Notes: generated by a model from the sequence alone, not told the origin. A stretch of DNA of 64,000 nt from Octopus bimaculoides (GCF_001194135.2 NC_068984.1:486024-550023); one strand, 5' to 3'. Shown: positions 1-13,360, counted from the first letter of the stretch. Numbers and translations are program-made.

Positions 1-390
1 TTATATTCCTTCTGGGCTAGTTACGTACATTGGCTGGTAATATGCCATACGGTTTCACCGTTTAGTCCACAGATTCTGCATTTATCACTTTCTGCTGTGT
101 TGTCTATTCTGTATTTTATGTAGTTTGCTCTTAGTGCTTGGTCTTGGGCAGCACAGATTAGAACCTCCGTTTCCGGTTTTAAATCAATTTTAGTCATCCA
201 CAGCCATCTTTTTTCTGTCTGTCTGTCTTATCTTCAACATCCCTATGAAATTGACCATGCATTCTTTTCTTTACCCGCCTATTTTCAGTTTCATTCGTTT
301 TCAGTTGCTTGTATAGTGCTTTATCTTTGCAATCTTTCATCCTACTCAAGCCTGACCTTCTTACTTCTAAAAATAGCGGTTCTGTGGCAT
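1..390 (-). mobile_element. RLE (R4/Dong-like) LINE fragment, zinc-knuckle region
   Basis: Minus translation gives MHGQFHRDVEDKTD, then LKPETEVLICAAQDQALRANYIKYRID and CRICGLNGETVWHITSQC (CCHC knuckle), with frameshifts and stops; runs off the window edge. Confidence 0.8.
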
Positions 391-429
391 TTGTATTATT
401 ATTATTATTATTATTAATATGTTTAACTT

Positions 430-888
430 TTGCTTTGTATTTGCACAAGTTGGCTCCAAGTCTCACCCAGAGACCTCAAGAGACAACAAGTTAGAAGTTC
501 ATGTTGGTGTTATGCCTAGGGTGCCATATATTTTGTTCTGGACATAGTGTTGTTCTAGAGAATGTTTATGAAACCATAAGAGAATTGTGTTTGTTTTAAA
601 ATTATACAGACAGTATTTTGCATAGGATATGGGCGGTTCCCATGAGCACTATCTTTTGAATTTCTGCCATTTAGGGGGTCTCCTGGTATCTGAGCTAGGT
701 AGCAATCAGCCCCTTTTGCTATCATTCCTAGGGCACCTATGACAATAGGTATTGTTTTAGTCTTGAGGTTCCACATTTTACCAATTTCTATTTCAAGATC
801 ATTACACTTGCCCAGTTTTTGGTAGGTCTTGACAAATACATTTACGTCGAATGAGACAGTCATATCAATGAGGAGGCATGAGTTTTGT
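430..888 (-). mobile_element. RLE (R4/Dong-like) LINE 3' end with 3' UTR, family 1
   Basis: ORF 555-935 contains LIDMTVSFD...KCNDLEIEIGKMWNLKTKTIPIVIGALG. The ORF end and ~170-bp UTR closely match 35290-35735. Followed on the minus strand by an (AAT)n tail at ~395-416. Confidence 0.85.
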
Positions 889-889
889 C

Positions 890-924
<35 letters not shown>

Positions 925-1599
925 GCGAATAACAAATATCATGAACGTGTATACGAGTTCCGCATCGAATAACAAACATCATGGATATGATTAGCGAGGT
1001 AGGATTAAATCTGAGATCATCACCAAACAGGATGTAAGAAACCGCAAAACAAAAAAGGGAAATAAATTTGTTTTTCAATGCAAGCCATTTCATAATACTG
1101 AAATATTTCTCTCATATAAGTAACATGGTTGTTGCCAGGTATGTTATCACAGCCAGTCACGTGCGTAAAAATGTAAACAAACACGTGGAGATGAGATATT
1201 CCAGTACAATTTAAACAAGACGCAAAAATGCGATGTCCCTATAAAAAAAAAAGACTGAGTACAAATATTAATCACACATGCATTCCCATTTCTACACATA
1301 TACACATAAATGTAATATTTATGCACTTCAAACACGAACAAGACAACACAGAATAAAGTGTTTAAACAACCTAAAAGAGAGATGTAATAACGAATAAAAA
1401 ATGCAACACGTTTCATTTTAAACAGAGCCCCCCCCCCCAATGTTCAGTAATAAAACTATGAAAAGAAATAGAAGTGAATTTCGATCTGTGAGTCTCAGGC
1501 GATTACGATAGGAAAGAAGCCTTAGCACACCTCCAGATACGGTGTTCTATCAAAATGTTAACACTGAACATACAGAACCCTCTCTTAATGTCACTTCTC

Positions 1600-2075
1600 A
1601 AAACCAAAAACAAAACCAGAAGAACGATGGACAGATGACTACATTGAAGTACAATATGCATTCCACACTGCAATACCCGAAACACAAGAATAATAAAAGA
1701 AACATATGAAATATGGAAAAGAAATGCAGATATAAGGAAAAATGTCAAGGATATGCTCTTGCAAACGTACGGTGATATATCCTGCGAGAAGGCAAAGTGA
1801 CCAAAACCGAAATTGAGAAACTCATAGCAAAAATACACAGATATTAAAAAAAATTTCTCTGGTATCCAGAGAAATATGAGGAGTTAGCTATAGACATGGA
1901 GGGCTTGTGAATGACTGAGATGACAATTGCTGGGGTAATTGGTACACTTGGCACAACACCCCGAATGCTACTTAAGAGTGTGAAAAGGTTTGGAAATAAG
2001 ACCCCCTTTGTCGACCTGTAAGGAAGCATAATCCTGTGTTCCGTTAGGACCCTCAGGAAGATTCTTGAGATTTGC
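1600..2075 (+). mobile_element. Decayed RLE LINE: N-terminal-like segment joined to C-terminal segment
   Basis: 1600-1840 reads (with frameshifts) RWTDDYIEVQYAF..TYEIWKRN..LANVR*YILREGKVTKTEIE, resembling the R4/Dong ORF N-terminus. 1860-2072 reads KYEELAIDM..VIGTLG..RTLRKILE, the RLE C-terminus. Confidence 0.5.
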
Positions 2076-2136
2076 TCTCACCAAACTTCAAGACAACACT
2101 CTTCCTAACTAATGTAATAGATTAAAATAAAAAGGG

Positions 2137-2265
2137 TTTCATTCATAAATTTGGCACAACGCTAGCAATTTTAGCGGGCGGAGGCAAGTCGATTACATCG
2201 GCTGCAGTACTTGACTATCGTTATTTTATCGACCCAGAAAGGATGAAAGACAGAGTTGATTTGGT
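2137..2265 (-). mobile_element. tRNA-derived SINE, 3' part (family B)
   Basis: Reverse complement matches CTTTCATCCTTTCgGGGTCGATAAAATAAGTACCAGT...GTGCCAAAATTTG, as in the copies at 52310, 50012 and 47431. Confidence 0.7.
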
Positions 2266-2644
2266 GACGACAAAGTGCTGGAAGCAATGGCGCTGGAAGC
2301 AATTTGTATGACATGCTTAATAATAAATTCAGCTGTATTTTAGGAGGCCACCTAAAGACTACTATTTATGCAATTAGACCCCGTTCTCTCGATCAATTGC
2401 AATCTGAAATAGCTAACGTTCTTTAACAGAAAATTGAAAACCAATAATTGCAAAAATAGGACGAGATCCCGAGAATCGCTTCACAGTTTGCAGAGGAAAT
2501 GAAAATTAATAATCGCATAAACATATCTATTTAAGAAGTAATAAATTATTTTACTCATAATTTTTACAGATTAATGCTTCTGTGTGTAAAACTAAACAAA
2601 AGAAATATAGCATAATGATTTTATAATGGCTCTGTGCGTGTGTA

Positions 2645-2711
<67 letters not shown>

Positions 2712-2954
2712 NNNNNNNNNNNNNNNNNNNNNNNNNNNNNNNNNNNNNNNNNNNNNNNNNNNNNNNNNNNNNNNNNNNNNNNNNNNNNNNNNNNNNNNNN
2801 NNNNNNNNNNNNNNNNNNNNNNNNNNNNNNNNNNNNNNNNNNATATATATATATATAAAACTCTTTAACTTGTTTCAACTTTAAAGCTGCGATCATTCTG
2901 AGGCAGCACCGTTGGCTGTGTTACACCTTCATTATTTGAAACCTCCTTTGATAT

Positions 2955-3680
2955 GTGGCATTTGGTGAATGAGGGAGTTTGATGCTTCTGCCATCATCTG
3001 CGCTTCTTGCTCTGGTGTAGGCTCATTTGGAACCCTTGACAGGGGGAGATTCGGTTTTGTTTGCAAGGCTCCTACATCGGCACCATGCAGGTCTCTCAGG
3101 CATTGGAGAGCTGCGGGCCTTGAAATCTAAGATGTTGCAGTACCTTGTTCTGTATTGTGATGGTGACGGTGGGACGTTTGGCACTATGCAGTGGTGCCAC
3201 GTTCTGCTGTTTGTGTAACTTCCAATACCAAAGTTTGGTCCAAATCCTTCCAGGATTTTCCAGTTGCATATCACTGCATATCTTTCCCGCCTTCGTTCTA
3301 AGGAGAAGAGTTTTAACTCTTTCAGCCTTTGCCAGTAGCTGATACGTTGCATTGAGACGATTCTCTTTGTGTAGCTTCGTTGGATTACTTCAAGTTCCGC
3401 CGTTAATTTTATACTATGTCATGAACATATTTGGCAGCAACAGTCCAAGCGGCTGAGGACATATGTCCTCCATAATTTCCTTTTCACTCGTTCTGAAAGT
3501 TCGGAGAATCCATCCAACTAACCGTCCGCATTTTATTCCCAAATTAGTAATATGCACCTGGAAAGATGCATCATTACTCAAGTCAATGCCCAGGTTACAC
3601 ACTGATTTTGATTCAGGGACTTATGAATTGCAGTTCCTTCTGGGCCAGTGTATCCTATTTATATTTATGCATACATACAC
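2955..3680 (-). mobile_element. CR1-type LINE, RT C-terminus and 3' end
   Basis: LGIDLSNDASFQVHI..GWILRTF (ORF 3414-3602) and YWQRLKELKLFSLERRRERYAVI.WKILEG (ORF 3023-3352). Confidence 0.8.
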
Positions 3681-3930
3681 GGACTGTATTGAAGAGTATT
3701 GATCTAACGTTCAATTTGATATTCAACTGTGTTATATATAACTATAAAAACAAACAATAATATAATATATATATATACACACACATATTTATATATACAC
3801 ATATATATGTATGTTTATTGCGGAAAAAAGGAACGAAAACGCTAATAATAATAAAGAAATAAAAGGATTTTTTCTAAAATTCTGACGACTTTTTGTCTCA
3901 ATATTCAATTTCTGTATATCACACCTAACA

Positions 3931-3963
<33 letters not shown>

Positions 3964-3964
3964 G

Positions 3965-4335
3965 GCGTGGAAGATATGCAGTGATATACATATGGAAGAT
4001 CCTGGGAGGTCTAGCTCTCAACTTTGGTGTTTGGAAAGCTGTACCAACCGCCGAACAAGGCAGCACTGCATAATACCGAAGATCCCGTCTTCACTATTTT
4101 GAATAAGGACCCAATACTTCAACAGCTTCGTTTTCAGGGATCACAACTATTCAACATTCTGCCAAACAACCTCAGAGATTTGCGAGGTGTAGATGTGGAG
4201 ATCTTGGAAAAGCGTCTGGGCAAAATTTTGTCTGAAATCCCATAAAAACGTACATCGCGGGCAGGAAGCACAAAGTAGAGAAAGCAGATATTGAAAGGCG
4301 ATGCTTCAGCAGAGCCCCAGCTTTTGGTTAAAACC
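3965..4335 (+). mobile_element. CR1-type LINE 3' end
   Basis: YAVIYIWKILGGL..FG and LRFQGSQLFNILPNNLRDLRGVDVE; homologous to the minus-strand copy at 2955-3350. Confidence 0.75.
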
Positions 4336-4681
4336 AGTAAAATAGGACCCCCCCCCATATATATATATATATATACACATACTCACTCACACACATACAC
4401 TGAGTTTAATGTTCAACTGTTTTATGCAACCACATGTAATTTTGTTTGTATATTTGCGTATATACGCCATTGTATGCATTTATTTGTGCGTAAGTTTGTG
4501 CATACATAACTTTTTCAACGAAGAACACATTCCTATATACATGCATACAGAGAAACACGTTTATATGTACACATGTACTCCCATATCGTATATATAACAA
4601 TTGCTGAATTAAGGAATCTCTTATACAATGAAATCTCTGTATGCGTGTGCGCGCGCACACACACATATGTATGTGCGTATG

Positions 4682-4755
<74 letters not shown>

Positions 4756-4960
4756 ATGTGTGTATGTGTGTCAGCGCTCGCGTTCGTGCAATACAATTAT
4801 CATAATGAAAGAATTTTTACTTTTTGAATTGTAACGTTTTATTAAATTTTACGTAAATGTCGATCATTCTTTGTATGTAATTATAATTAACAATACAGAA
4901 AAAAATAATTATAATTGAATTTGATAACTGGAATTATACAGTCACACATAAACACCCAAA

Positions 4961-4991
<31 letters not shown>

Positions 4992-5050
4992 TTATACAAA
5001 CATATATATGTATAAATATATTTATTATATATTTATACATATAAATATGT

Positions 5051-5330
5051 GAAGACGCGTGGCTCAGTCACAATCAAGAAGTATTGATTTCAATTCCAGG
5101 ACCGGGCTGTGTTTTGAGTTCTTGAGCAAGTCACTTTATTTCGCGTTACTCCAGTTCACTCAGCTGTAGAAATGAATTGCGACATCACTGGTGCCAAGCT
5201 GTATCGGCCCCTTTGCTTTTCCTTTGGATAACGTGGCGTGGAGAGGGAAGGCTGGTATACGTGGGCAACAGCTAGTCTTCCACAAACAACCGTGCCCGGA
5301 CTTTTGAACAGTTTTCAAGCGATCCACTTA
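5051..5330 (+). mobile_element. tRNA-derived SINE with CORE-like segment (family C)
   Basis: GACGCGTGGCTCAGT head and CTTGAGCAAGTCACTTTATTTC.CGTTACTCCAGT.CACTCAGCTG, shared with 17076 and 48135. Confidence 0.7.
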
Positions 5331-5849
5331 AATTGGTGTTAATTGCTTCCGTTTTAGATGAAAATACACAGGGTTACACGACACCATGCAGAACTTTAAC
5401 CTTAATACGAACATGAAGGGAAGCAACTTTTTAGGTATTTCTTAATCGTTTTTCCTTTTCACAGGTCCTGGATTTTTGTAAGAACTTGCATTCGACATAT
5501 ACTATTTACATTATGCGTGAGCATTCACGAATACCTATATTTATAAATTTATATGAATTTATACTGTGTATCTAACATGTGTTTGTGTGGACATGTGGAC
5601 ATGTGTATGTTCTTCTTTATCGAGTTTCCAAAGGTTCTTTTTAGGGTAAATTAATCGATGAAGTTATAAGTTCATAAAATCATAAATCCTGTGACGTCTT
5701 CAAAATGTGTTATGTTTATACTGTACATATCTGTGCAGTTTAGAACCCCAGCATAAGTTCCTGGGAGTATGTGTATGTTATGCATAATCCTGGTTGCAAA
5801 GGTTACAAAGTAGTTGAGGGGTTCTTAAATTGTTGTCAGTGCAAGCAAT

Positions 5850-6330
5850 AGGAGAAAGATTTTTCCCTAATGTTCAAAATGTTCATTGCCGATATTATGA
5901 TGTGAAATTTCTCTGTTAAACATATGTTGCATCTGCTACCTCATCCCTTATATTTGTTGACTTTAGCTACAGTACTCCATTTTTTATGGGGGTTGTCCAC
6001 GGCTCAGCCTTAAAATTTCCGTACCATACTGGATAAAAATGTGGCCTATCTTTTGTTCTTATCTATAAACGAAGTGTTGCGTGTATCATTCTTGAAAATA
6101 CTTCCTCTCATCCCAATGTAAGTTTTTATGGTCCCGGCCATGTAAGTGGTGTTAGTATTGTAACCTTTACTTTTTCTGGACACGTACTGTTCAGAGGAAA
6201 GTTATCGTGGGATCTAAAATTACAAGATTTAATGATATTCATTCTTATTGTGATTGAAGATCATCGATCCTATGTTATGGAGATAACTATAACTAACTTT
6301 AACCGTGAGTCTATTGAAGATCTTGTGATA
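5850..6330 (-). mobile_element. Penelope-like element, GIY-YIG endonuclease remnant
   Basis: Frameshifted minus translation KTYIGMRGSIFK..SF..KR*ATFLS, then KWSTVAKVNKYKG*GSRCNICLTEKFHI..NILNIRE. Confidence 0.65.
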
Positions 6331-6793
6331 ATTATGTGAGTGTGGAAAGTGAATACGTATAATTCCCCAAAATCGTGTAGTTATATTTGTAGCCAATCAT
6401 GTTCATTCTCTGTCTCTTGTTCTTTCTATCTGTATGTGTAGATTTCTGCGCGTGCTTCATGTGTGTATTTGCCTTCAATGTCAAAACGTCTTGTGGCCAA
6501 AATAAATTGAATGTTCAGTCAGCCGGGTCATTTCGTCAGCGTCCAATCAGCTGCGCCCAGTCGACTCATTTCTGTTGACATACACCACCAACACCGAGAT
6601 CTAAGTTTCTCTGTTTTTACACAGAAACCTGATTGAGAGATTTCACCGAGACAAATTATTACAGTTAGCCTGTAACGTGTTTATATATTAATGATAAATA
6701 TTATGTACACTGGTATTATGTCTCTTTTCTGTCAGTTTGTCTATCTATCTGTGTATGTATATGTATGAACACACACACACACACACACGTATG

Positions 6794-6832
<39 letters not shown>

Positions 6833-7414
6833 CAGGATCATTGGCCTGACGTCTCTGCATGTGTCCCCCAGCTGCCTGTAAACACTGATAATAAATAGTT
6901 TCAGTTAACATCATAGCAACATTTTGTAATCAACTCTGTACTAATAGATTTTTAAATGGTTTGTTTCTAATTAAATTTCAAATGAATGACGTACTTATTA
7001 ATAGAGGTCGGCTAATTTATGTATTGGTGTTCTTATGTATTCACGATGACAGCGACGACGACGACAACGGTGATGTTTGCCGTTTAATGATGATGATGAC
7101 GATGACCGTGATGATGATGATGATGACGATGACCGTGATGATGATGATGATGATGATGNNNNNNNNNNNNNNNNNNNNNNNNNNNNNNNNNNNNNNNNNN
7201 NNNNNNNNNNNNNNNNNNNNNNNNNNNNNNNNNNNNNNNNNNNNNNNNNNNNNNNNNNAAATATATGCATAATATATGTAATGTATGAATACATACATAT
7301 ACACACGCATATATCTCGTCATCGACGGGTTTTGGGTGTTTTTACATTCATATATTGCGTTTACTTCTTTCTTTGTGTGTGTATGTGTGTTTGCGTGCGT
7401 GCATGTATGTGAGT

Positions 7415-7458
<44 letters not shown>

Positions 7459-7824
7459 TTGTTCGTATGCATACACACACACAGTTGTATAAACACACTT
7501 AAAAAACCTGGTATGACTTGTATAATCATAGCGGTATGCACCCATATATTTACATCCATCCACATAATTTTCAATATGTTAGATCTATGTGCGAGTTAAT
7601 ATAGATACATAGGTACGTGAGCAACCTATTTACACAACACACACACACATACATATATACATACACATATACGTACGTGAGTGTAAGTGTGTGTGAGCAG
7701 CACCAACAGCCATACACATATACGCTGACACACATACATAGTCATTATCATATAATATTCACGACTAATCTTATAATGAAATGTTTATCTCTAAACACCG
7801 ACACGCAAATTCACTTACGTATAT

Positions 7825-7901
<77 letters not shown>

Positions 7902-8464
7902 CTCTCGTATGTGTGTGTGTGTGTGTGTGTGTGTAAGTTGTACTTATGTAAGTGTTAGATTCCTAGATAAATAGTCAGAGAAATAGACTGGCAGATGTAG
8001 AGGTGAAAAGATAATTTAATAGATAATAATGGCCGATTCTACATTTATATTTTGTGCTAATGTAATAAAATTCCTCGTATATAAGTTATTATTTCAATTC
8101 ACACAACCATTTATTTTATTAGATATAACAGGCGATGGAGTGGCAAAAAGAATAAAAATAAAATACGTTAGAGTAATCTTTTGAAAGTCTATTTAACACC
8201 GCAAATTGATTTTATGCAATAACTTATAGTTCAGAGATACTACTGCATATAGTTGACAGACGTGTATCGGTCTTACATTAATAGAGAATCGTGTTCATAT
8301 ATGATATAACTTTGCTTTGCAATATTTTTCACTTGTAGTGTTATATTTTTATACATTTCTTTAGCTTGGTGACTTGTAACGTTGGTTACCCTGTTTCCAT
8401 GGCATTTTAGTGAGTGGGATCGCAACATCAACTTGAACGCAGTACCGGTCCGTTGCAGGGAGCA

Positions 8465-8642
8465 CCAGTTTTGAGGCGATTGCATTGACGCCAGTACTGA
8501 CTGGTACTTACTTAATCGACCGCGAAATAGATGAAGAGCATAGTTAACCTCGGCGATATTTGTACTCAGAATGTAACTGGCCGAAAGAAATGCCGCAAAG
8601 TACTTCGTCCAACATGCTGACAATTGGTCAGCTCATCACCTT
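8465..8642 (-). mobile_element. tRNA-derived SINE (family B), diverged
   Basis: Reverse complement aligns to the GGCGGCGAGCTGGCAGAATCGTTAGCA..TTCTGAGTTCAAATT..CCGAGGT..GTCGATAAAATAAGTACCAGT pattern of the other family B copies. Confidence 0.6.
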
Positions 8643-8867
8643 GTAGTGGACATAACATTTTTGGGGTAATTTCTTTGGAAAATTAAAATTAAAAATATAT
8701 TTTGAAAGTTAAAATTTATTGTAAAATATAGAAAACCATTGTAAGTGTCGTTTTGTCAATCCAGTTATGTAGAACTAAATTATGTATAATAGGTTATCTT
8801 TCAAGCTATTGATATGAGTTTCTTAAAACCTTAATCATATTTTTAAAAATCCTCTATAGTCTTAGAT

Positions 8868-9050
8868 ACCCTTTGTGGCGTATCTTTATACTAGAACCAT
8901 CTTTGCGGCACGGCATATCTTTGTGTCATAGAGTATCTTGGTGTCACGGTGTATCTTTGTGCTACTGTGTATCTATGTACTACGGCATATGTTTATGCCG
9001 CCGTGTATGTTTGTGCCACGGCGTATCTTTGTGCCATGGTGTAGCTTTGC
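8868..9050. repeat. 18-bp minisatellite (~10 units, consensus CTTTGTGCCACGGYGTAT)
   Basis: Visible tandem periodicity; translates as repeated SLCHGV in ORF 8873-9130. Confidence 0.8.
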
Positions 9051-9183
9051 ACCCCAACACAGTGTTTGAGGACTTTGTGCTATATAGCACAAAACGTATG
9101 AACGACCATAGAAATAATATGGCATTATAAGAGTGTAATGTATAGTGATAAAAATACGGCAGTTGATGTTAATACACAAAGAG

Positions 9184-9577
9184 TTGTTGTTGTTGTTGTT
9201 GGCACTCCGTCGCTTACGACGTCGAGGGTTCCAGTTGATCCGATCAACGGAACAGCCTGCTAGTGAAATTAACGTGCAAGTGGCTGAGCACTCCACAGAC
9301 ACGTGTACCCTTAACGTAGTTCTCGGAGATATTCAGCGTGATACAGTGTGACAAGGCTGACCCTTTGAATTACAGGCACAAGAAAAACAGGAAGTAAGAG
9401 TGAGAGAAAGTTGTGGTGAAAGAGTACAGCAGGGTTCGCCACCATCCCCTGCCGGAGCCTCGTGGAGCTTTAAGCGTTTTCGCTCAATAAACACTCACAT
9501 CGCCCGGTCTGGGAGTCGAAACCGCGATCCTATGACCGCGAGTCCGCTGCCCTAACCACTGGGCCATTGCGCCTCCA
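9184..9577 (-). mobile_element. Full-length tRNA-derived SINE with (AAC)n tail
   Basis: Head GGAGGCGCAATGGCCCAGTGGTTAGGGCAGCGGACTCGCGGTC..GGTTTCGACTCC (A/B-box-like). The 3' half matches 48280-48460. Ends GACGGAGTGCC(AAC)n. Confidence 0.85.
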
Positions 9578-9619
9578 CACATAAAGAGTAGGGACTGAGA
9601 AAACTAGTGATGACCAATG

Positions 9620-10000
9620 TGGGCCATGAACTTTACACCCCACCTCCACGAGACCAGTGATCTTGATGTCATTAATGTTTAGTTGAAACTAGAGCAGAAA
9701 AGACATGAGAAGGGAGGGGGTTTAAGAGGGGGAGTTTCCGACGAGGAAAGACTGGGGACAACAAAGGTGACGTGACTTGGAAGAAATGCGGATCAGGAAT
9801 GGCTGAGTGGTGAGATATGAAACGAGCTCGTTCAGAGGAGCAGAGGCCTTCACAAGAGCAATAAAGAGAATAAACAACTAGTGTGTGAGCTGAAGATTTG
9901 CAGTGTATCCGATAGTGTGGCCCTGCCATGGATGCAGTCGAGGTTATCAGTGTGCATGGATGTGGGAGCAGTCCTTCACTGTGAGCCTCAGTAGGTGTTG
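9620..10000 (-). mobile_element. CR1/L2/Jockey-type LINE RT C-terminal remnant
   Basis: SLY..CEGLCSSE..PHFFQV..VFPR..LLNPLPSHVF resembles the SLFYRY..GLCSSEL..HPFQV..FFPRT..LWNSLP..VF motif. Confidence 0.5.
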
Positions 10001-10364
10001 AGGACTGAAATAGCTTCTAGTTCTGAAGAGAGAAGCTAGTTTTTGTGATGCGGCCCTAAGGGCGTGCTTTCGCTAGGATCCTACGGCATTTGAAGCGATT
10101 GTGAGGGTTCTTAATTGAATACCGTTTATGTTTAAAGGGAGAGGTGGTGTAGTACTGTTTCTTTTTTTAAAAAAGAAATGCTTCAGATCTTTTGATCTTA
10201 AAAGAAACGAGTTTGGTACCGTCTCAATGAAGGACTCTTTCATAGTTTCTGTTTTTGCTACATTACCAGATAAAAATCAATTAATTCTCGATTATCCCGC
10301 ATTTCACTTTGTTGCCACTTTGAACTGCAAAACTTTCTGATGACTAGCGTCCTGACCGGAAGAC

Positions 10365-10842
10365 AAGTTTTTAAAAAGAATATTTGCATAGTATTCAAAT
10401 ACAAGGGGCATTTTCCTTGTTTCTGCCTGGTCGTTGTGAATTCTTGGTAGAGAAGAAGAAGAAGGAGAAGAAGAAAGAAAGAAAAGGAGGAGGAGAAGAA
10501 GAATGCGGGAGTGTCATGATAGTAGTAGGATGTTAAATGGTCAAGTGTCCTGGAAGTGACTTGTTGTGGATGGTAGTAGTGATTGAATTGTCTCAAGAAT
10601 TCAATCACTACCACCATCCACAACAAGTCACTTCCAGGGCACTTGACCATTTAACATCCTACTACTATCATGACACTCCCGCATTCTTCTTCTTCTCCTT
10701 TTCTTTCTTCTTCTTCTTCCCTGCCAAGAATTCACAATGACCTCGAATCCACAAGAGTAAACAAGAGAGACAGAGCCAGGCAGAAACAAGGAAAATTCCC
10801 CTTGTATTTGAATAGTATGCAAATATTCTTTTAAAAAAACTT
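10365..10842. repeat. ~480-bp inverted repeat (foldback) with 8-nt loop
   Basis: 10365-10589 is the reverse complement of 10598-10842; loop GTCTCAAG. The ORF track shows the same peptide MVKCPGSDLLWMVVVIE on both strands. Confidence 0.95.
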
Positions 10843-11716
10843 TTCATTTAATTTTTCCCAAATTTAATTGTTTTCCATACTTGCAGTTGAAAAAGCCTCA
10901 ATGACAGAAACCGGTACTGAAATGTTTTTATAAAATTATTTTAGCATTTTCTTCCTTGACTTTTATTCATATGTATCAACTCGTGTATTCCTTTTCAAAC
11001 TTCTACACACACACACACACACACACGTACCAAGCTTGGTAACTGCTGAGATTTAACGGCATGAAACTTATGGTAGCTTTGTTAACCAACAAATAAAGCG
11101 CGCGCGCGGCGCGTGCGTCTAGGCTTATATACGAGATTAAAAGATATATATTTTCCAAAATAAACCTTGGCTTTGACGTTTGGAACATCGATAAGAAATA
11201 GAGATGGATTCTATGAGAAGGCAATGAAATACATTAAGCAAACACACACATACATGTCTGTCTGTCTGTCTGTCTATTTACGAGTGTGTGTTTATCTACG
11301 TGTGTGTAACTGGTCTTCTCTATTACTGCAAACCCATAATATTCAGCTTTAGTAAGCGACCACTGCTCCATAACCGACAGGATTGTGCCAAAGCTCAAGT
11401 AGATGACCCAGAGACATCACGACGACTACCACTACCTCCAACACCACCACCACCAGCAACAGCGCCACCACCACAGCTACCACCACATACAAATACCTAC
11501 AACCACAACTCTCACTTTAACGATGACGATGGAAATCACCATGATCCCACGACCGCCATGGCCACCATAATGATCACTGCCACCACCAACACCATCAATC
11601 ATGGCAACGCGGTAACATTGACAGTGGCTTGCTATTGATGTTTTTGAGGAATATAGATTTTTACAGTATGGCGGTTTCGGTATTGAAGCCCATTGCTAAT
11701 TAATGGAGAGTGTAGA

Positions 11717-11783
<67 letters not shown>

Positions 11784-11883
11784 NNNNNNNNNNNNNNNNN
11801 NNNNNNNNNNNNNNNNNNNNNNNNNNNNNNNNNNNNNNNNNNNNNNNNNNNNNNNNNNNNNNNNNNNNNNNNNNNNNNNNNNN

Positions 11884-11916
<33 letters not shown>

Positions 11917-12712
11917 TATGCACCTGAGCACTGTATACGACAACGTCTTCCATAGCGCCTACTCTTTGATACTCTTCCATAACTCCTCCTCCCTAGAAGC
12001 ATGCGTGCAGTGTGTGCTAATCCTCAGTTATTAGTGATTAATGACGAGGATAAAATAAGTAAGTTCTGTAGTAAGACACTTTAGGATTATAAATCAAATG
12101 TTGTTTCTGATTAATAGTATGGCGTGTGTGTGTGTGTATTTTAGTGAAGAGAGAAGAGAATAAGACGGAATAAAAAAGACGCATCCACACATTCATGGGT
12201 ACTCACACTTCTTTTGTGATCACACGTGGTTTGCCGAAACACACACAAACTCTCTCTAACCAACTGTCCATTTCTCTCGTTTTCCCGCTCTTTCACTCTT
12301 TCTTAATGTATGTATATACACACACACACATGTAGAACACGTTATTACACTTGGAAAAGTTGAGGACAAGTTATTAAGTCTGCTAAAGTACAGAACAAGA
12401 AATTTTTTACTTGCTTCAGTTTCTGTGTAGCAAACCAATGACAAGGCTTTGTCGTAGAAGACATGCTGAGGATTGAACGCGGAACTATGTGGTTGGGAAG
12501 GAAACGTCTTACACAAACGCAGAAAGAGATATTGAGAGATAAATGTTACATACATGGCCATCTTGTCGAAAATTTGGCTTTGTATACACGTGACTTCTGT
12601 TCCTCTCCCACCAGGCCGTGACACTTCATATAAATATCTTTTGCAGTAGGCGTCAGTTGACTTATTCCTTATGAAGAAAATTTGGTAAACGGATACACTG
12701 CTGAAATCCATC

Positions 12713-12786
<74 letters not shown>

Positions 12787-13257
12787 TGTGTGTGTACAAG
12801 GGATGTGTGTGTATGTGTATATTTATTCTATTTTTCTTTTTTTGATGAAGTATTAACATCTGAAATGTTAAGACACATTCTGTTTCCAGAAAGTCTGGCA
12901 CCCTCCATTAATTAGCAATGAGTTTTCAGTACTGAAAACGCCATACATTAAAGGTCTACAGCATCGAGGTAAAACTTCCTACGTTCAACCTTGCCCATTC
13001 TGTGTTGCCCTTTCTTATTTCCCATTGCATTTACACTATACACATGCATACATAAACGCATATACGTACGTAGAGTTAGTAAATATATGTGCACAACATA
13101 GTGTTTATTAGAAAACTCAGAATAAATTAAAATTGTTCCACTGGAGCTTCTAAGCGATTCGCTGTAGACTTGAATAAATCTTACTGTTTTGATTTTCCAC
13201 ATAAAACAACAGGGATTACAGAGACATAAGACAAACACTATATATAGAATGACTATG

Positions 13258-13288
<31 letters not shown>

Positions 13289-13360
13289 GTCTATATGTAT
13301 ATATATTATATATATATATTTATAAACATATATGTATATATATTATATATATATTTATAA

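Noticed and set aside
2955-4335. Divergent pair of CR1 3' ends as an inverted repeat or dsRNA source
   Set aside because: The copies are visibly old and diverged with only patchy identity; independent insertions explain them.
9505-9577. tRNA-like sequence on the minus strand
   Set aside because: It is the head of a SINE, continuing into SINE body and tail; I could not close a full cloverleaf acceptor stem.
12256-12711. 151-aa minus-strand ORF as a candidate host exon
   Set aside because: Its core (~12410-12520) is a decayed family A SINE (CTTCCCAACCACATAGTTCC..AAAGCCTTGT..GAAACTGAA) and its ends lie in microsatellites.
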